Assembly: GCF_001949145.1 (NCBI RefSeq)
Contig: NW_019091358.1
Span: forward strand, 3,876,238 to 3,940,237
Source: Acanthaster planci
Lineage: Eukaryota
DNA: 64,000 nt
Direction: 5' to 3'
In this document: positions 53,501 through 63,272 of the stretch, one piece after another
Layout: the number at the start of each line of letters is the position of its first letter
Numbering within the stretch: position 1 is the first letter of the stretch
Made by a program: the position numbers and the translations under genes
Notes under the pieces: model-generated
The model's database searches: none
Told to the model about the DNA's origin: nothing
What the model saw: only the letters and a program-made list of their open reading frames with translations

Positions 53501-56500
53501 ATGCAACCACATGTACATACATGTACAATGTATATTGGTCACAATTGCAAAAATCATGTGAAATGCCATACATGTACATGTACCGGTATGTGAAGGTATG
53601 CCGTAAATTCAGGGGAAGCAAAGATGATTAAAATACTTGTACAGGTACCGGTAGTTATCTTTTGATGAGGCTACTTTAAATTTTGAAGCAAAAGATGAAC
53701 ACTCTGTGAAAAAAAAATGACACAATGTGAAGCTAACGGAAACTTGTGTGACCCATCTCACACCTGCCAGGGGCCAATTTCATAGAGCTTCTTAAGCACA
53801 AAATCTGCTTTACCAGGAAAAAATTTGCTTAATAAACAAAGGTTACCAGCTCAAATTCTATCTGATTGTCTTGCTAACCCAAAAAAACAGCTAAATACAA
53901 TCCCAAAACAATATACATCACATGGAGGTTTGGCTGGTTACCTGATTTATCAAGTAAGATTTTTTCGTGCTTAAGCAAATTTTGTGCTTAAGCAGCTCTA
54001 TGAAATTGGACCCAGATGCTCATGTCAGAGGAATTTTCTTGTATTCAATCAGACACTAAAAGCCCGCAAGTCATATAGGTCAGACCCAAGTCCAAATTCA
54101 TTTATGTGAGGCCTCCTCAAAATCAAAATAATGGAGATCGATTTTCCTATATTTTGTCCAACAAAATAACCTCTTTGAAAACTAACATTTACAGCTCTGG
54201 GAAAAAAAAAAGACCACCGTCATTTTTGTCTCAGATATCAGCTTAGTGCTTCATACTCCCACCATTACTGTGAATACAATGAAAAAAAGGCAAAAGTAAC
54301 ATCTAATCATATTTCAACTTCATTGGGACCAGACGGCAGTAATACGGAAGTTGCATCAGTTTAACATTTTACCAACTAAAACCAAAAATCCCACTTTATT
54401 TTTCATTGAAGAAACAAAAACTAATTGCTGTTAATTCTTAATACCAAAATTAACAGTGTCTGGGCATGTCAGGGTCTGTCAGATATAGGTATATGGTGGC
54501 ATGGCCTTTGCTCTTGATGGCAGCATTGATGCACCTCAGCATGCTCTCTACTAGCCTCTGACGTTCTTTCGGTGTCACTGCTGCCCACTCCTGACGTTAC
54601 AATTCAAATACATGTAGCTCTGCTTCTTTGATGGCTTATGGTCTTGTATTTTTTGTTTTATACTGTTCCACAAGTTTTCATTTGCGTTTAGGTCCAGTGA
54701 CTGACCAGGCCAGGAAATGATCCGGATGTTATGATCTGTCATCCACATCTCAACTGACTTTGCTGTGTGGCAAAGGGCACTGTCCTGCTGATAAACCCAA
54801 ATATCAGAGTTGGGAAACAGGGACTGGGCTGATGGCAGTAGATTTTCCTCCAGAATTTGCCTGGTTCATCCGACCTTCACATAATCACATTTGTCCAGTT
54901 TCAGCCTTCTCCCACATCATCATAGAACCACCATCAAATTTCACCGTAGCAACCAAAATTTCAGGCTTGTGGGCTTCCACAGACCTTCTTCTCACCATCA
55001 CATGGCTGGGAGTTGGAAACAACTGTAAATTAGACTCATCGCTGAAGATGACTAGCCCAGTCAACAACAGTCCAATTCTTGTCTGCTTTGGCAAATTGTA
55101 GCGTGCTTTTCCTCTGCCTCTCATTGATGGAGGGCTTCTTCCTGGCCAGCCAGCTTGCAGGAATCTTTACAGACTGTCCTTGATGAACATCTCACAGTTG
55201 TTCAACTTTCCCACAGCATCTGAAGGTCACTGGAGGTCAATTGTCTATTTTTTGGGGGGGCAAGAACAAACGAGACAGCGGTCATCACGCACAGTAGAAG
55301 ACCATTTTCCGCCTCTACCGGTACCTGGCTGCAGCTTGGTGTTTCCATACTCCTCCTGCTTCTTCCGAGTGTGGTGGACTGCAGTCTTTGATACACTGAT
55401 CCTTGTAGCCACCTGCATGTATAGTGTACCTCTCACTGTAGCCTTCATCCAGCAGAATGAAGATGGAGTTCTTAGTTGCTTTGCTCGGCTCCTTAGTTTT
55501 TGGCATGATTAACTGACGGTTCATTTGTTCATGGCAACCGTCTCAGTATGAGTGAAAACTGTGTACCACAAAATCACGGTGTTTTATATTGATTTTTAAT
55601 GATGTTTGCATAATTCAAATGATACTGTGCTGATACGATCAGTTTGAAAAAAAATAATCATTAAAGGAGGCTACTGACGCCACTGAAATGATATTTAGGC
55701 AGTCAATGGATGAATTGTTACCAATGTGAAATTCTAAACTACAGGTATATCAGTCAACAATAATTTCCATACGCAGTAAAATGGCTTTGACATCTGGGAA
55801 AAGTGACAAAAACATTTGTGGTCTAATCATAAGAAAACTGGGATTACATGTACACGTACATTACCGGTGTAACGGTACATGTACAAATTTTCTGATGTTT
55901 ATTAATTGTTCAATTTTTTTCCTTTAGAAAATGAGGCATTTTAGGCATACGTGCAATAAGTCCACAGAAAAGGGGCCACCCTGTGCACCAAACATATGAG
56001 AATGAATGACTAATTCACCTACGGATAGGGTTCATGCACAGGTACAGTCAGGATGAAATTACCCCATACCAGTACATACATGTACATGTGTACACTGTGT
56101 GCAACACAATTAGCCAGGAATGTTAATTAATGAAATACATGTAGGAAGACTCATTTAATAAAAGCTTCCCGTGCATCGTTCCATGAAAGATGCATTGCTC
56201 AATGTACATGTATAAAACTGAACCCACAGTAAAGGTCCATACATGTACATGCTTTACTCAAGTTTAGAAAACAAACAAGTACCGTACCAATGCTTACCGG
56301 TACCTTGATGCTCTTTTACTAGGTTAAAGTGCAGCTGAAATGAATTTTCCTTAGACACAATTTTTCTTCAACTTTGTATCCTTTGTCAAAACTCTCTTAC
56401 TTTCCTATTGGTTCAATACATGGAACAGTGCATGCTTTTAAACAATGAAATTCATCCATGCTTTCCCAGACAACTGAGGACGCTGGTGCTCAGAAGTCAT

Positions 56501-59500
56501 CTAAGGAGGAGATGGTTCAGTGCATACAATGTACAATGTAGGTGTTTCTGTTCAAATTGAGAACCCAGAATTTACAAACTGAAAACATTTCAGAGAGAAG
56601 GACTGAAAGTTGTCCCCATGACCAATTTGTTCTCATACCGGTAACTACTATAATGTATCATTCAACATGCGTGTGGTCCCTACAATTGCCAATAAGACGG
56701 TACATGTACATACATGTACCTACCGTTACGTACATGTACATGCATGTGCAGTAAAAACCATTGCTGACTTCTTATAAACCACATCTTTGATATGAAGCAT
56801 TGCATTCAAACACTGCATGTGTGTGTGTACAGTATACCCAGAGTCTGACCATCTGCACATAGACACCTGTACTACAATAAATGTAAATGTACATCCAGAT
56901 TACAGAGAGAAATTATAATTACCAGGAGCGGGTAATTATGGTGATTATGGTAATACATGTACATGTCCTGTTGTCTGCTCGGTAATTGAAAAAGCAATTC
57001 TGCTACCCTACAGTGTCTCGTTCAATCCAGCTTTTGGCCTTCAAGCTTCAATTGGTTGGGTTAAGCTACATGTAGCTGTAAAACAGGTACAAATTTTATC
57101 ATAGGCAGGGATTCCACATCCAAATGTGCTTGTACAGTATGTAGGTGTTCTCTCTTACTCAACTGAACAACATCTTTTGCAAAAAGTTTACGTACAAGTA
57201 CGGTACATGTACATTGTACATGCTGTACCAGGGTCTCCTCTGGGGTACTGATATGTTTTGAGGTGGTCATACAAATTTCTAGTCCCTAAAACAAAAGCCA
57301 AGTGATTTCAAAAAGGCCTTAAATAAAATCTATTCAGTCCAATAGCACATTACTCCAAATTTCTCCACTAAAATACAAATGTAAATTGATCTTGCATTCT
57401 GTGTCCCTATCATTGCGAATAATTTGAAACTGATCTGTTTCAAAATATCTTAGTGATTTTGCTTTTTTCTTCCATCTTTGTGTCTATTTTAAGTGTGAAC
57501 ATGCGCTTATGCGGTGAGTACCCCCCAAAAAACATGCCCTCTTTTGTTGCACTCGGAGTGGATAGGCAGGGGAAACCCTGCGCTGAACCAGTATCATCAT
57601 ACAGTGCACCACTTCTGTTTATTATAAGATGATTAATTTGAAAAATAGTCATCCTATAAAAGCATTAAATGCAAAATCTGAGAACACTTTGGTAACAAAA
57701 AATATAACTTATGTATAAATTATGATAGATACATGTATACATGTACGTGTAGAGCACTCCTCCAAAAAGGAATAACCTGACAACCATCCTGTCTACCAGT
57801 TGGCTCAGTAAATCTTTATTTTGGAGTCAATTTCTTTGCCTGGGGCCCAGTACAAAAGAAAATAATTCACAAAGCGTTTAAGAAACTCACTCGGCGAAGA
57901 AAACACAGAACTACTAAAGTGAAAATAGTGAGTGAGGATACATACGTGTACACGTACGTGCATCCGTGGAGGGCAGATGTTTTGTATCACTGGGACAGCA
58001 TCGAATAACCCATTTGTGCATTCATTGTAACTGAATTGAACTCACAAAACAGCTGCTAAAACACCATGGAGACACTAGTAATGCATAAACTCTTTACCCT
58101 TTTTTCTGCGCTTATCATTCTAATGAAACAAATGCGCATTTTTTTCAGGCAAAAGCTGTTGCTAATGCATGCAAGTGTGAACTTTCTGCAAACTTTGGCC
58201 GCCCGCACAAAATGGCAGTCATTGTTTGTAAACGATGCTTTAAGGCCTACAATGTACATGTACATATATGTGACCTCCCGAGGCCATGGCACCTATCCAC
58301 ATGACCTCCACACTTACCCATTTTAACCTGTAGTGGAGACGGTCTCCGGTAGGTCTTCAGACCGTTTGTGACTTTGTGTCCATTGATATCACGCTCAGAT
58401 AATGTATTGCCGTTGGATTGGTCCTTAATGTGAACCTGTAAATTATGTCAAAATAATGAATTAAAAGGAAGAGAAGTTATATCAACACTGAGATACATGT
58501 AAAGTACGACACGCAGCTGAAATTTAAGAAAGCTTTGTGCGTGCTATGATACACTGATAAATTAATATACATGTACTAAATTGTTTACTACATGTATACA
58601 CTTTAAGGAGAAAAATAACGTGCATGCACACCTGCACGCTGATTGGCAATAACTGAAACAGAGTGGAATTACATGCATCGGTATATTGACCAGATTGTAC
58701 ATGTACATATACATGTACCGTTCTCTACCTTCATCCTTACCTGGTATCAGTGACGAGAGATAAAGTTAATGTACATGTACAGGCTTCTGGCTGCCACCAG
58801 TCATGCCAGTGGGTTTTGTCCAACAGTAACACATGATTCCAAACTTAGACTCAAGCACTCACATGATGGTTTCTCTGTACTGCAGTTTGAGTAAAAACAC
58901 CATGCGCAAGAAGAAGCCTTCACACGCGGTGTGTATGAACGCCCATTTCTTTCACCAAATGATCTACACATGTCCATGTACATGTACCTCTGCCGCTCCT
59001 TAACCCTAACACTCCTCAGTCCTCCAACAGGTGAAGGATTGAGGAGGGTTAGGGTTAAGTCAGTGACCACTGTCTAAATCCTCCCGCCCAGAATCTACAA
59101 ATCACTCACACAGTTTTCAACCAGTTTCGTACGCTGAGATTTCCTGTTTATTTGCCACAGGAACCTTTGCATGTACACGTCAATATACACGTACATGGTC
59201 CATGGACCATGTACATGTATGATTTAAACTCACATCTCATTCTAATACAATTTTAACTAGAACCACACTAAGTGCTTACCAGCAGAAACAAAAATCTGGC
59301 CAATAGTTTACTTACCTTAGCAACTGGTTACTAATTTATGTTTACCTGCTATTAATGCTAGCATTTGTGTAGGAGATTTAACTGTTGACATGGTATTAAT
59401 CTGCCCACAGAAAGGACTCTTATCAAGTTCCTCCTGAAAAGTGGACTGATACATGTATGTGTAATTTTAATTCGTTTGAAATGTAGATGATGAATCATTG

Positions 59501-61362
59501 TGGAACTCAACAAAATACATTTATTTCACATGAGCATGAAGTACATGTTCCCTGTCCAATACGTTTTAATACTGCATAGAAGTGGTACATGTACAGTACC
59601 CAGTCTCTACATCTGTGAGATCTACATGTACAGTGTGTACATGCACACATTACACTGTATGCATCAAATCATTTACACGTACATCTAGCTGCACTCCCAG
59701 CAGCAAAATGTCAAAGAAATATCTCCGTTCAAATTGAACTGAGACCTCAAGCACAACTCGTGATATACTGAGAAACTTCGCCTTTGCTTCATAAATATTG
59801 TGCAGACTTTATCGAAAGAGGTGTGATTCAAGTTTTGTACATTATTTTATTTTGCTCTGAATGCTTAGTCAGGACTTACCATACATGTAAGGGCCACTGA
59901 ATCTAATTGTACATGGTATAAAAAGTCTTCAGGATTGATGGATCTACACACACATACATGGAATGGCACTGTCAACCAATGGGGCAATTTGAGATCAACT
60001 GATCATGCCAACACATTCACTGACATTTCTATATTTGTGATGTCTTCAATTGAGTGATGGCTGCGTGATCAACTTGTAACTCCACAAACAGCAGTTTGTG
60101 CGTCAGTCCTGCGCAATCAACCAATAATGCAGCCCAAGCTACCAATAGAACAAATCCTTCAGTTGTACCCAGTATGGTATTAGTGCTGGTGATTGGTAAA
60201 ATTAGTCACCTTCGCTGTTTTGCATTGGACATACATGTAGCTTATTGGGGCTATTGTTCCGTCACTTCGGGCTCGGATTTTCCCCACTGCACAATTATTT
60301 TTGGCCATTTTATCACTTTAAAAAAATAATTTACGAGAGAAATGTCTAAATTAGTTTTGCAGAGATGGTGTCAACTGACGTAGTCCGAGTGTCATCCATT
60401 ATTCACAGACTACGTACAATTGACATGTGCCTTATTTTTCTACCATTATCTATGGCAATGGACTTAATTAAGGGCAATTATTGATATATGTCAATCGTAA
60501 ACATGTCCACACAGAGTTGTGCATCAAAGAAATGATTTTGCTGGTCCTTTTGTTTCCTGACCCTATCCAAATGAAAGCTGAGCTACGATTGGTCACTGGA
60601 ATGGAAGCAAATGGGACCATTCACAGTGCGACTTTCATGTGTGGGTGACAGGAAAACAAAAGGAACAGATACAATAGGATCTGTATTGCGATTGGTCAGG
60701 CTATCACACAGCTGACAGTTATTGAAAGTAAATGTTGCTGATTTTCAGTAGTGCGGATGGGCAAAATGCTCAGGAACTCCACCATTTTAATGAAGATATA
60801 ACATGCATAAGGTGAATTAGCCTCCCCATCTGACATATAACTGATGTATGAAATTTGGTTGCACCGTGGTTGCACTAATAGGCCTAGCTGTGATGAAAGA
60901 GTAAGTTGACAATCAAAACAGCCAAATGTGTTTATGGGTGACTGTACATGTCTATCTCATCTGGATAAACCTTACCATGCTTACACTGTTGTTACAGTTC
61001 TGGAATTAATCACCACTAATCATTTCCAACTAACTTATTCAAGGGAGTTGTTTAGTAAAAGTAGACCGTTTCCCTATAATTGGAAAATATAAGGAACACC
61101 GGCCATGATGTACTGTGTACTGTAACCGACCTAATGAACACATACATGTAGGCATGGTATTGGTAGGCCTTAATCATGCACTGGACGTGTTGGCATGGTT
61201 GGGGGAATTACACACGTTAGCAGAAGGATGGACATGACTGAGCTGCTGGGCACGAAATGACAAAAATCAGTCACAGATTAAACATGGCAAAACAATGAAA
61301 TTTACCTTTACGTTGTCATTTAATGAAGTAGAGTATCCACTGTCAGTTTCGTCCTCGTCCAT
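20386..61362 (-). CDS. FAM219A: FAM219A-like protein, complete 5-exon CDS (195 aa); complement(join(20386-20538,27587-27632,42566-42779,58318-58435,61306-61362))
   Basis: Exons of 57+118+214+46+153 = 588 nt, with GT-AG introns in phases 0,1,2,0, give an uninterrupted ORF. It contains the FAM219 family motifs YRRPSPLQVKMEKQRE, LVDQQP, RLAVP, QPLVSIDSESEDEFD and QLLKDGFRLDEIPDDEELDLIPP...CICC...CSIQ*, recognised from vertebrate FAM219A. A-versus-B paralogue naming rests on similarity plus the DNAI1 neighbour. Confidence 0.92.
21053..21398. other. Assembly gap
   Basis: Run of N. Confidence 1.
26530..27350. mobile_element. Old non-autonomous DNA element (Harbinger-like)
   Basis: Both ends are built from repeated TTCACACT/GTGTGAA and ACCYGGGT/TTACCTGGG motifs, and the right terminus is ...AATGTGAAAAGGGCT. 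The left TIR is not cleanly identifiable. Confidence 0.4.
27587..27632 (-). CDS. FAM219A: FAM219A exon 4 (46 nt)
   Basis: ttacag|T GAG...CAG|gtaaga; (S)EDEFDIVALSSAPSQ. Confidence 0.88.
32400..32545. repeat. Dispersed repeat, copy 2 (inverted relative to ~19405-19545)
   Basis: See copy 1. It has an internal GTGGGGAC...GTCCCCAC hairpin. Confidence 0.75.
34569..34687. mobile_element. Short palindromic MITE
   Basis: GGCCGTGTCCGAA...TTCGGATGCAGCC termini, plus an inner inverted pair GAGCTACGGCTAGGTCT / AGACCTAGACCTAGCTC. Confidence 0.5.
42566..42779 (-). CDS. FAM219A: FAM219A exon 3 (214 nt)
   Basis: gcatag|AA AAA...GAA AG|gtgagt; (E)KQREASRKREAGSQRESPKKPRQQSNNSSLVDQQPRRSALISIDRLAVPWKTTALDRQPSEQPLVSIDSE(S). 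Confidence 0.93.
44249..44315. repeat. Dispersed repeat fragment (second copy 57501-57564)
   Basis: GTGAGTTCCCCCCCAAAAAACACTCCCTCTTTTGTTCCACTGGGAGAGGATA versus GTGAGTACCCCCCAAAAAACATGCCCTCTTTTGTTGCACTCGGAGTGGATA. Confidence 0.65.
46662..46846. repeat. 91-bp tandem duplication (2 copies)
   Basis: TGCTAATGAACTCTAATACAAC...TTAACTTTTC occurs at 46662 and 46753, with one substitution (GACGTTG/GATGTTG). Confidence 0.92.
46855..47340. mobile_element. Foldback/MITE with ~190-bp inverted arms
   Basis: 46855-47040 is the imperfect reverse complement of 47157-47340, e.g. ATTTTGCCCAATCAGCTGTCAGAG / CTCTGACAGCTGATTGGGCAAAAT and ATTGTAAAGTGCTTTGTGATCAT / ATGATCACAAAGCACTTTACAAT. Confidence 0.85.
53771..54012. 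mobile_element. PIF/Harbinger-type (Tourist-like) MITE, 242 bp
   Basis: TIRs GGGCCAATTTCATAGAGCTTCTTAAGCACAAAAT / ATTTTGTGCTTAAGCAGCTCTATGAAATTGGACC, with 3-bp TSD CAG (53768-53770, 54013-54015). Confidence 0.85.
54489..55506 (-). pseudogene. Decayed Tc1-family (DD34E) transposase
   Basis: Fragments in several frames: MPKTKEPS..GYSER..SKTAVHH (HTH); VIFSDES..VRRR..ATVKFDGGSMMMW; QQD-SALCHTAKSVEMWMTDHNIRIISWPGQSLDLNAN-E (exactly 34 residues between D and E); RQEW..RLVESM..GHATIY. Stops and frameshifts are present, and TIRs were not located. Confidence 0.9.
58318..58435 (-). CDS. FAM219A: FAM219A exon 2 (118 nt)
   Basis: ttacag|GTT...ATG G|gtaagt; VHIKDQSNGNTLSERDINGHKVTNGLKTYRRPSPLQVKM. Confidence 0.92.
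59004..59054. mobile_element. 51-bp hairpin mini-MITE with TTAA TSD (piggyBac-like)
   Basis: TTAA|CCCTAACACTCCTCAGTCCT-ccaacaggtga-AGGATTGAGGAGGGTTAGGG|TTAA. A related copy lies at ~37411-37478. Confidence 0.7.
60541..60668. repeat. Imperfect palindrome, likely old MITE
   Basis: CTGGTCCTTTTGTTTCCTGA...TGACAGGAAAACAAAAGGAACAG, with inner ATGAAAG/CTTTCAT and TGGTC/GACCA pairing. Confidence 0.55.
61306..61362 (-). CDS. FAM219A: FAM219A exon 1 (57 nt)
   Basis: aagaaaATG GAC...AAG|gtaaat; MDEDETDSGYSTSLNDNVK. Phase 0 matches the next exon, and it lies next to the bidirectional promoter. It is less conserved than the other exons. Confidence 0.8.
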
Positions 61363-61873
61363 TTTCTTTCAAAAAATGTGACATTCGACAGCGACAGACA
61401 TCGCTCATGCATGTTACAATTTCCACATTTTATTACCGGCAGCACGGCAGCAGCTCTCTTTCGATATAAAGTACTTGCACAAAAAGCGCCCTCTAGCTCG
61501 CTCAATAGCTCTCTGTTATCGAAACTATTTTATGTCAGAACACGAAAGCTACAAAACAGTCGTTGATAATTTGTTTTGGCTCGTTCTTGCATTAATTAAT
61601 TTACTCAACAGTTTTCTCTATATTTAATGTTCAAAATATTCAAAACCAAAGAAAAATGTATGCAATTCTCTATTATGTTATTACTTTTTGAAACACTGTT
61701 GACTGTATTGTACATTTGAATCAAAAAGATTAAAAATTCTAGAATTCCTAACTAAAATGATTTGCGCATGCTCAGTTACCCTAACAACAGGCTACATTCA
61801 GCAGCCGATGACAACGGGGAGATTGGAGAAAGCTTTCTTTTAAACGCAGATTTGGACTCAGAGTTTTCAAAAA
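61363..61873. promoter_or_regulatory. Bidirectional promoter region (FAM219A / putative DNAI1)
   Basis: 511 bp lie between two divergent start codons. The interval contains an X-box-like GTTACCCTAACAAC (61775-61788) and an NRF1-like TGCGCATGCTC (61763-61773). Confidence 0.7.
61775..61788. promoter_or_regulatory. RFX X-box (ciliary gene promoter element)
   Basis: GTTACC-CT-AACAAC is close to the RFX palindrome GTTGCCATGGCAAC and lies 85 bp upstream of the putative DNAI1 ATG. Confidence 0.6.
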
Positions 61874-61906
61874 ATGCCTGTAAAGGGTCCGGCCAAACCT
61901 AAGCAG
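61874..61906 (+). CDS. DNAI1: Probable first coding exon of dynein axonemal intermediate chain 1 (outer-arm IC2/IC78 type); gene continues beyond the window
   Basis: aaaaATG CCT GTA AAG GGT CCG GCC AAA CCT AAG CAG|gtaaaa = MPVKGPAKPKQ, phase 0. From recall, it resembles the MPVK start of sea-urchin outer-arm IC2 and the short human DNAI1 exon 1 that ends in KQ. An X-box lies upstream, and it is divergent from FAM219A as in human. Only 11 codons are visible, so the identity is inferred. Confidence 0.65.
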
Positions 61907-62439
61907 GTAAAATTTACCTTTAAATACATCAAATTTGATATGCTTTCATGTGTCTGTGCTTGGAAAATGCTTTTCCACGTTAGCCTAGCTGGCCTAGGCC
62001 CTAGGCCTACTTTGCAGTCCTAGCTCTAGGCCCACCAATGTAGGCTACCGTGTCTTCTGAATCATCCTGATCATCTATCTAGCATGTCTAGGCCTAGGCC
62101 TAATCGGCAAAGCCTCCATCAGGAAACATCACACCAACTTTGGGTTTAGTTTGGGGCATGGAGCTAGACACGTCTACTGATACTGATCCTGTCCAAAATC
62201 GAAAAAGAGGAATCCACTCAGTACAGTAGCTGGCAGTGGGGGGGGGGCTACTCTAAGAAGTATGAGTAGTGTGGGGATTCCCAATCCCTTCGAAGTCTGC
62301 ACCAGCTGCCTGGCACCAGTCAAGCTGGCAAACTGTTCCCTTGAGTAAAGGCCAGAATTCCAGTATAAACCTGTATTTTAATAGGTCCTTTAAAAACACT
62401 TTCCCAGGTTGTTGCCTATTTTGTCTGAGATTCTACTTT

Positions 62440-62662
62440 AATGGGGCAGCGCGGACATCCAGGAGTTTTGCAAAATGGCAAGTAGCAACTGATGAAAACA
62501 ACTGAAATGAACGTATGATCAAAGAAGTACATACTGATCAAAGAAACATTTGTGTAATCCGATCCTCTGACTGGCTGGTGCACACATGTTCCCACAGTTG
62601 CTATTTTCATCGGTTACTACCTGCCATTTTGCGAGAGTTCGGTATGTCCGCACCGTCCCATT
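62440..62662. mobile_element. MITE with ~60-bp imperfect TIRs
   Basis: Left end AATGGGGCAGCGCGGACAT...GCAAAATGGCAAGTAGCAACTGATGAAAA versus reverse complement of the right end AATGGGACGGTGCGGACAT...GCAAAATGGCAGGTAGTAACCGATGAAAA. Confidence 0.7.
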
Positions 62663-63088
62663 GCAGAGAGGCCCTATGTTTCTAATCTATATGGCTCTAA
62701 GAATTTTCCAACTTAAATGTTAACAGGAATTTAAAAGCTCTCATGAATATTTTTTAAAAGGGAAGCAAAGTCCAAGTTAAATGTTGACGGGAATTTAATT
62801 GTTCTTTTGAGGCAATACGCCTATTCATCAAAATGCTGGAATGGCATCACAGCCAGCTGGCATCATGTTGACGTACTGTACCCCAGCCCCCATATGCAGC
62901 CAGAAATGAGACTGCCGAATCCACATGGTCTTCCTTGTAGCACCACTACACAGTACTGCTGCAGAACTGAGCATGCGCAATTACGAGCAAAAGTTTACAG
63001 GTATGCTGTGAAAGCATCACATATCAGCGTACGCGTAGAACAGAACACCCACACACTTTCCTCTGACATGTCTGACCCACGTGAAGCA

Positions 63089-63272
63089 CCCAGTTTGTAT
63101 ACAAGTCTGTGGTGTAGCACTTTTTTGCTACACGCTGCGGCCCCCTCCTTTTACATTTTCCCGTGTAGCACTGTGTAGCACCGGGTTTGTTTATAAGTCT
63201 ATGGTGTAGCACTTTTTTGCTACACGCCGCAGCCCCTTACTTTTCTTGCGTCTTCGTCTAGCACTGTGTAGC
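63089..63272. repeat. Two ~92-bp direct repeats with GTGTAGCA-cttttt-TGCTACAC hairpins
   Basis: Units start at ~63089 and ~63181. Further TGTAGCA motifs occur at 62936 and 63359-63375. Confidence 0.75.
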
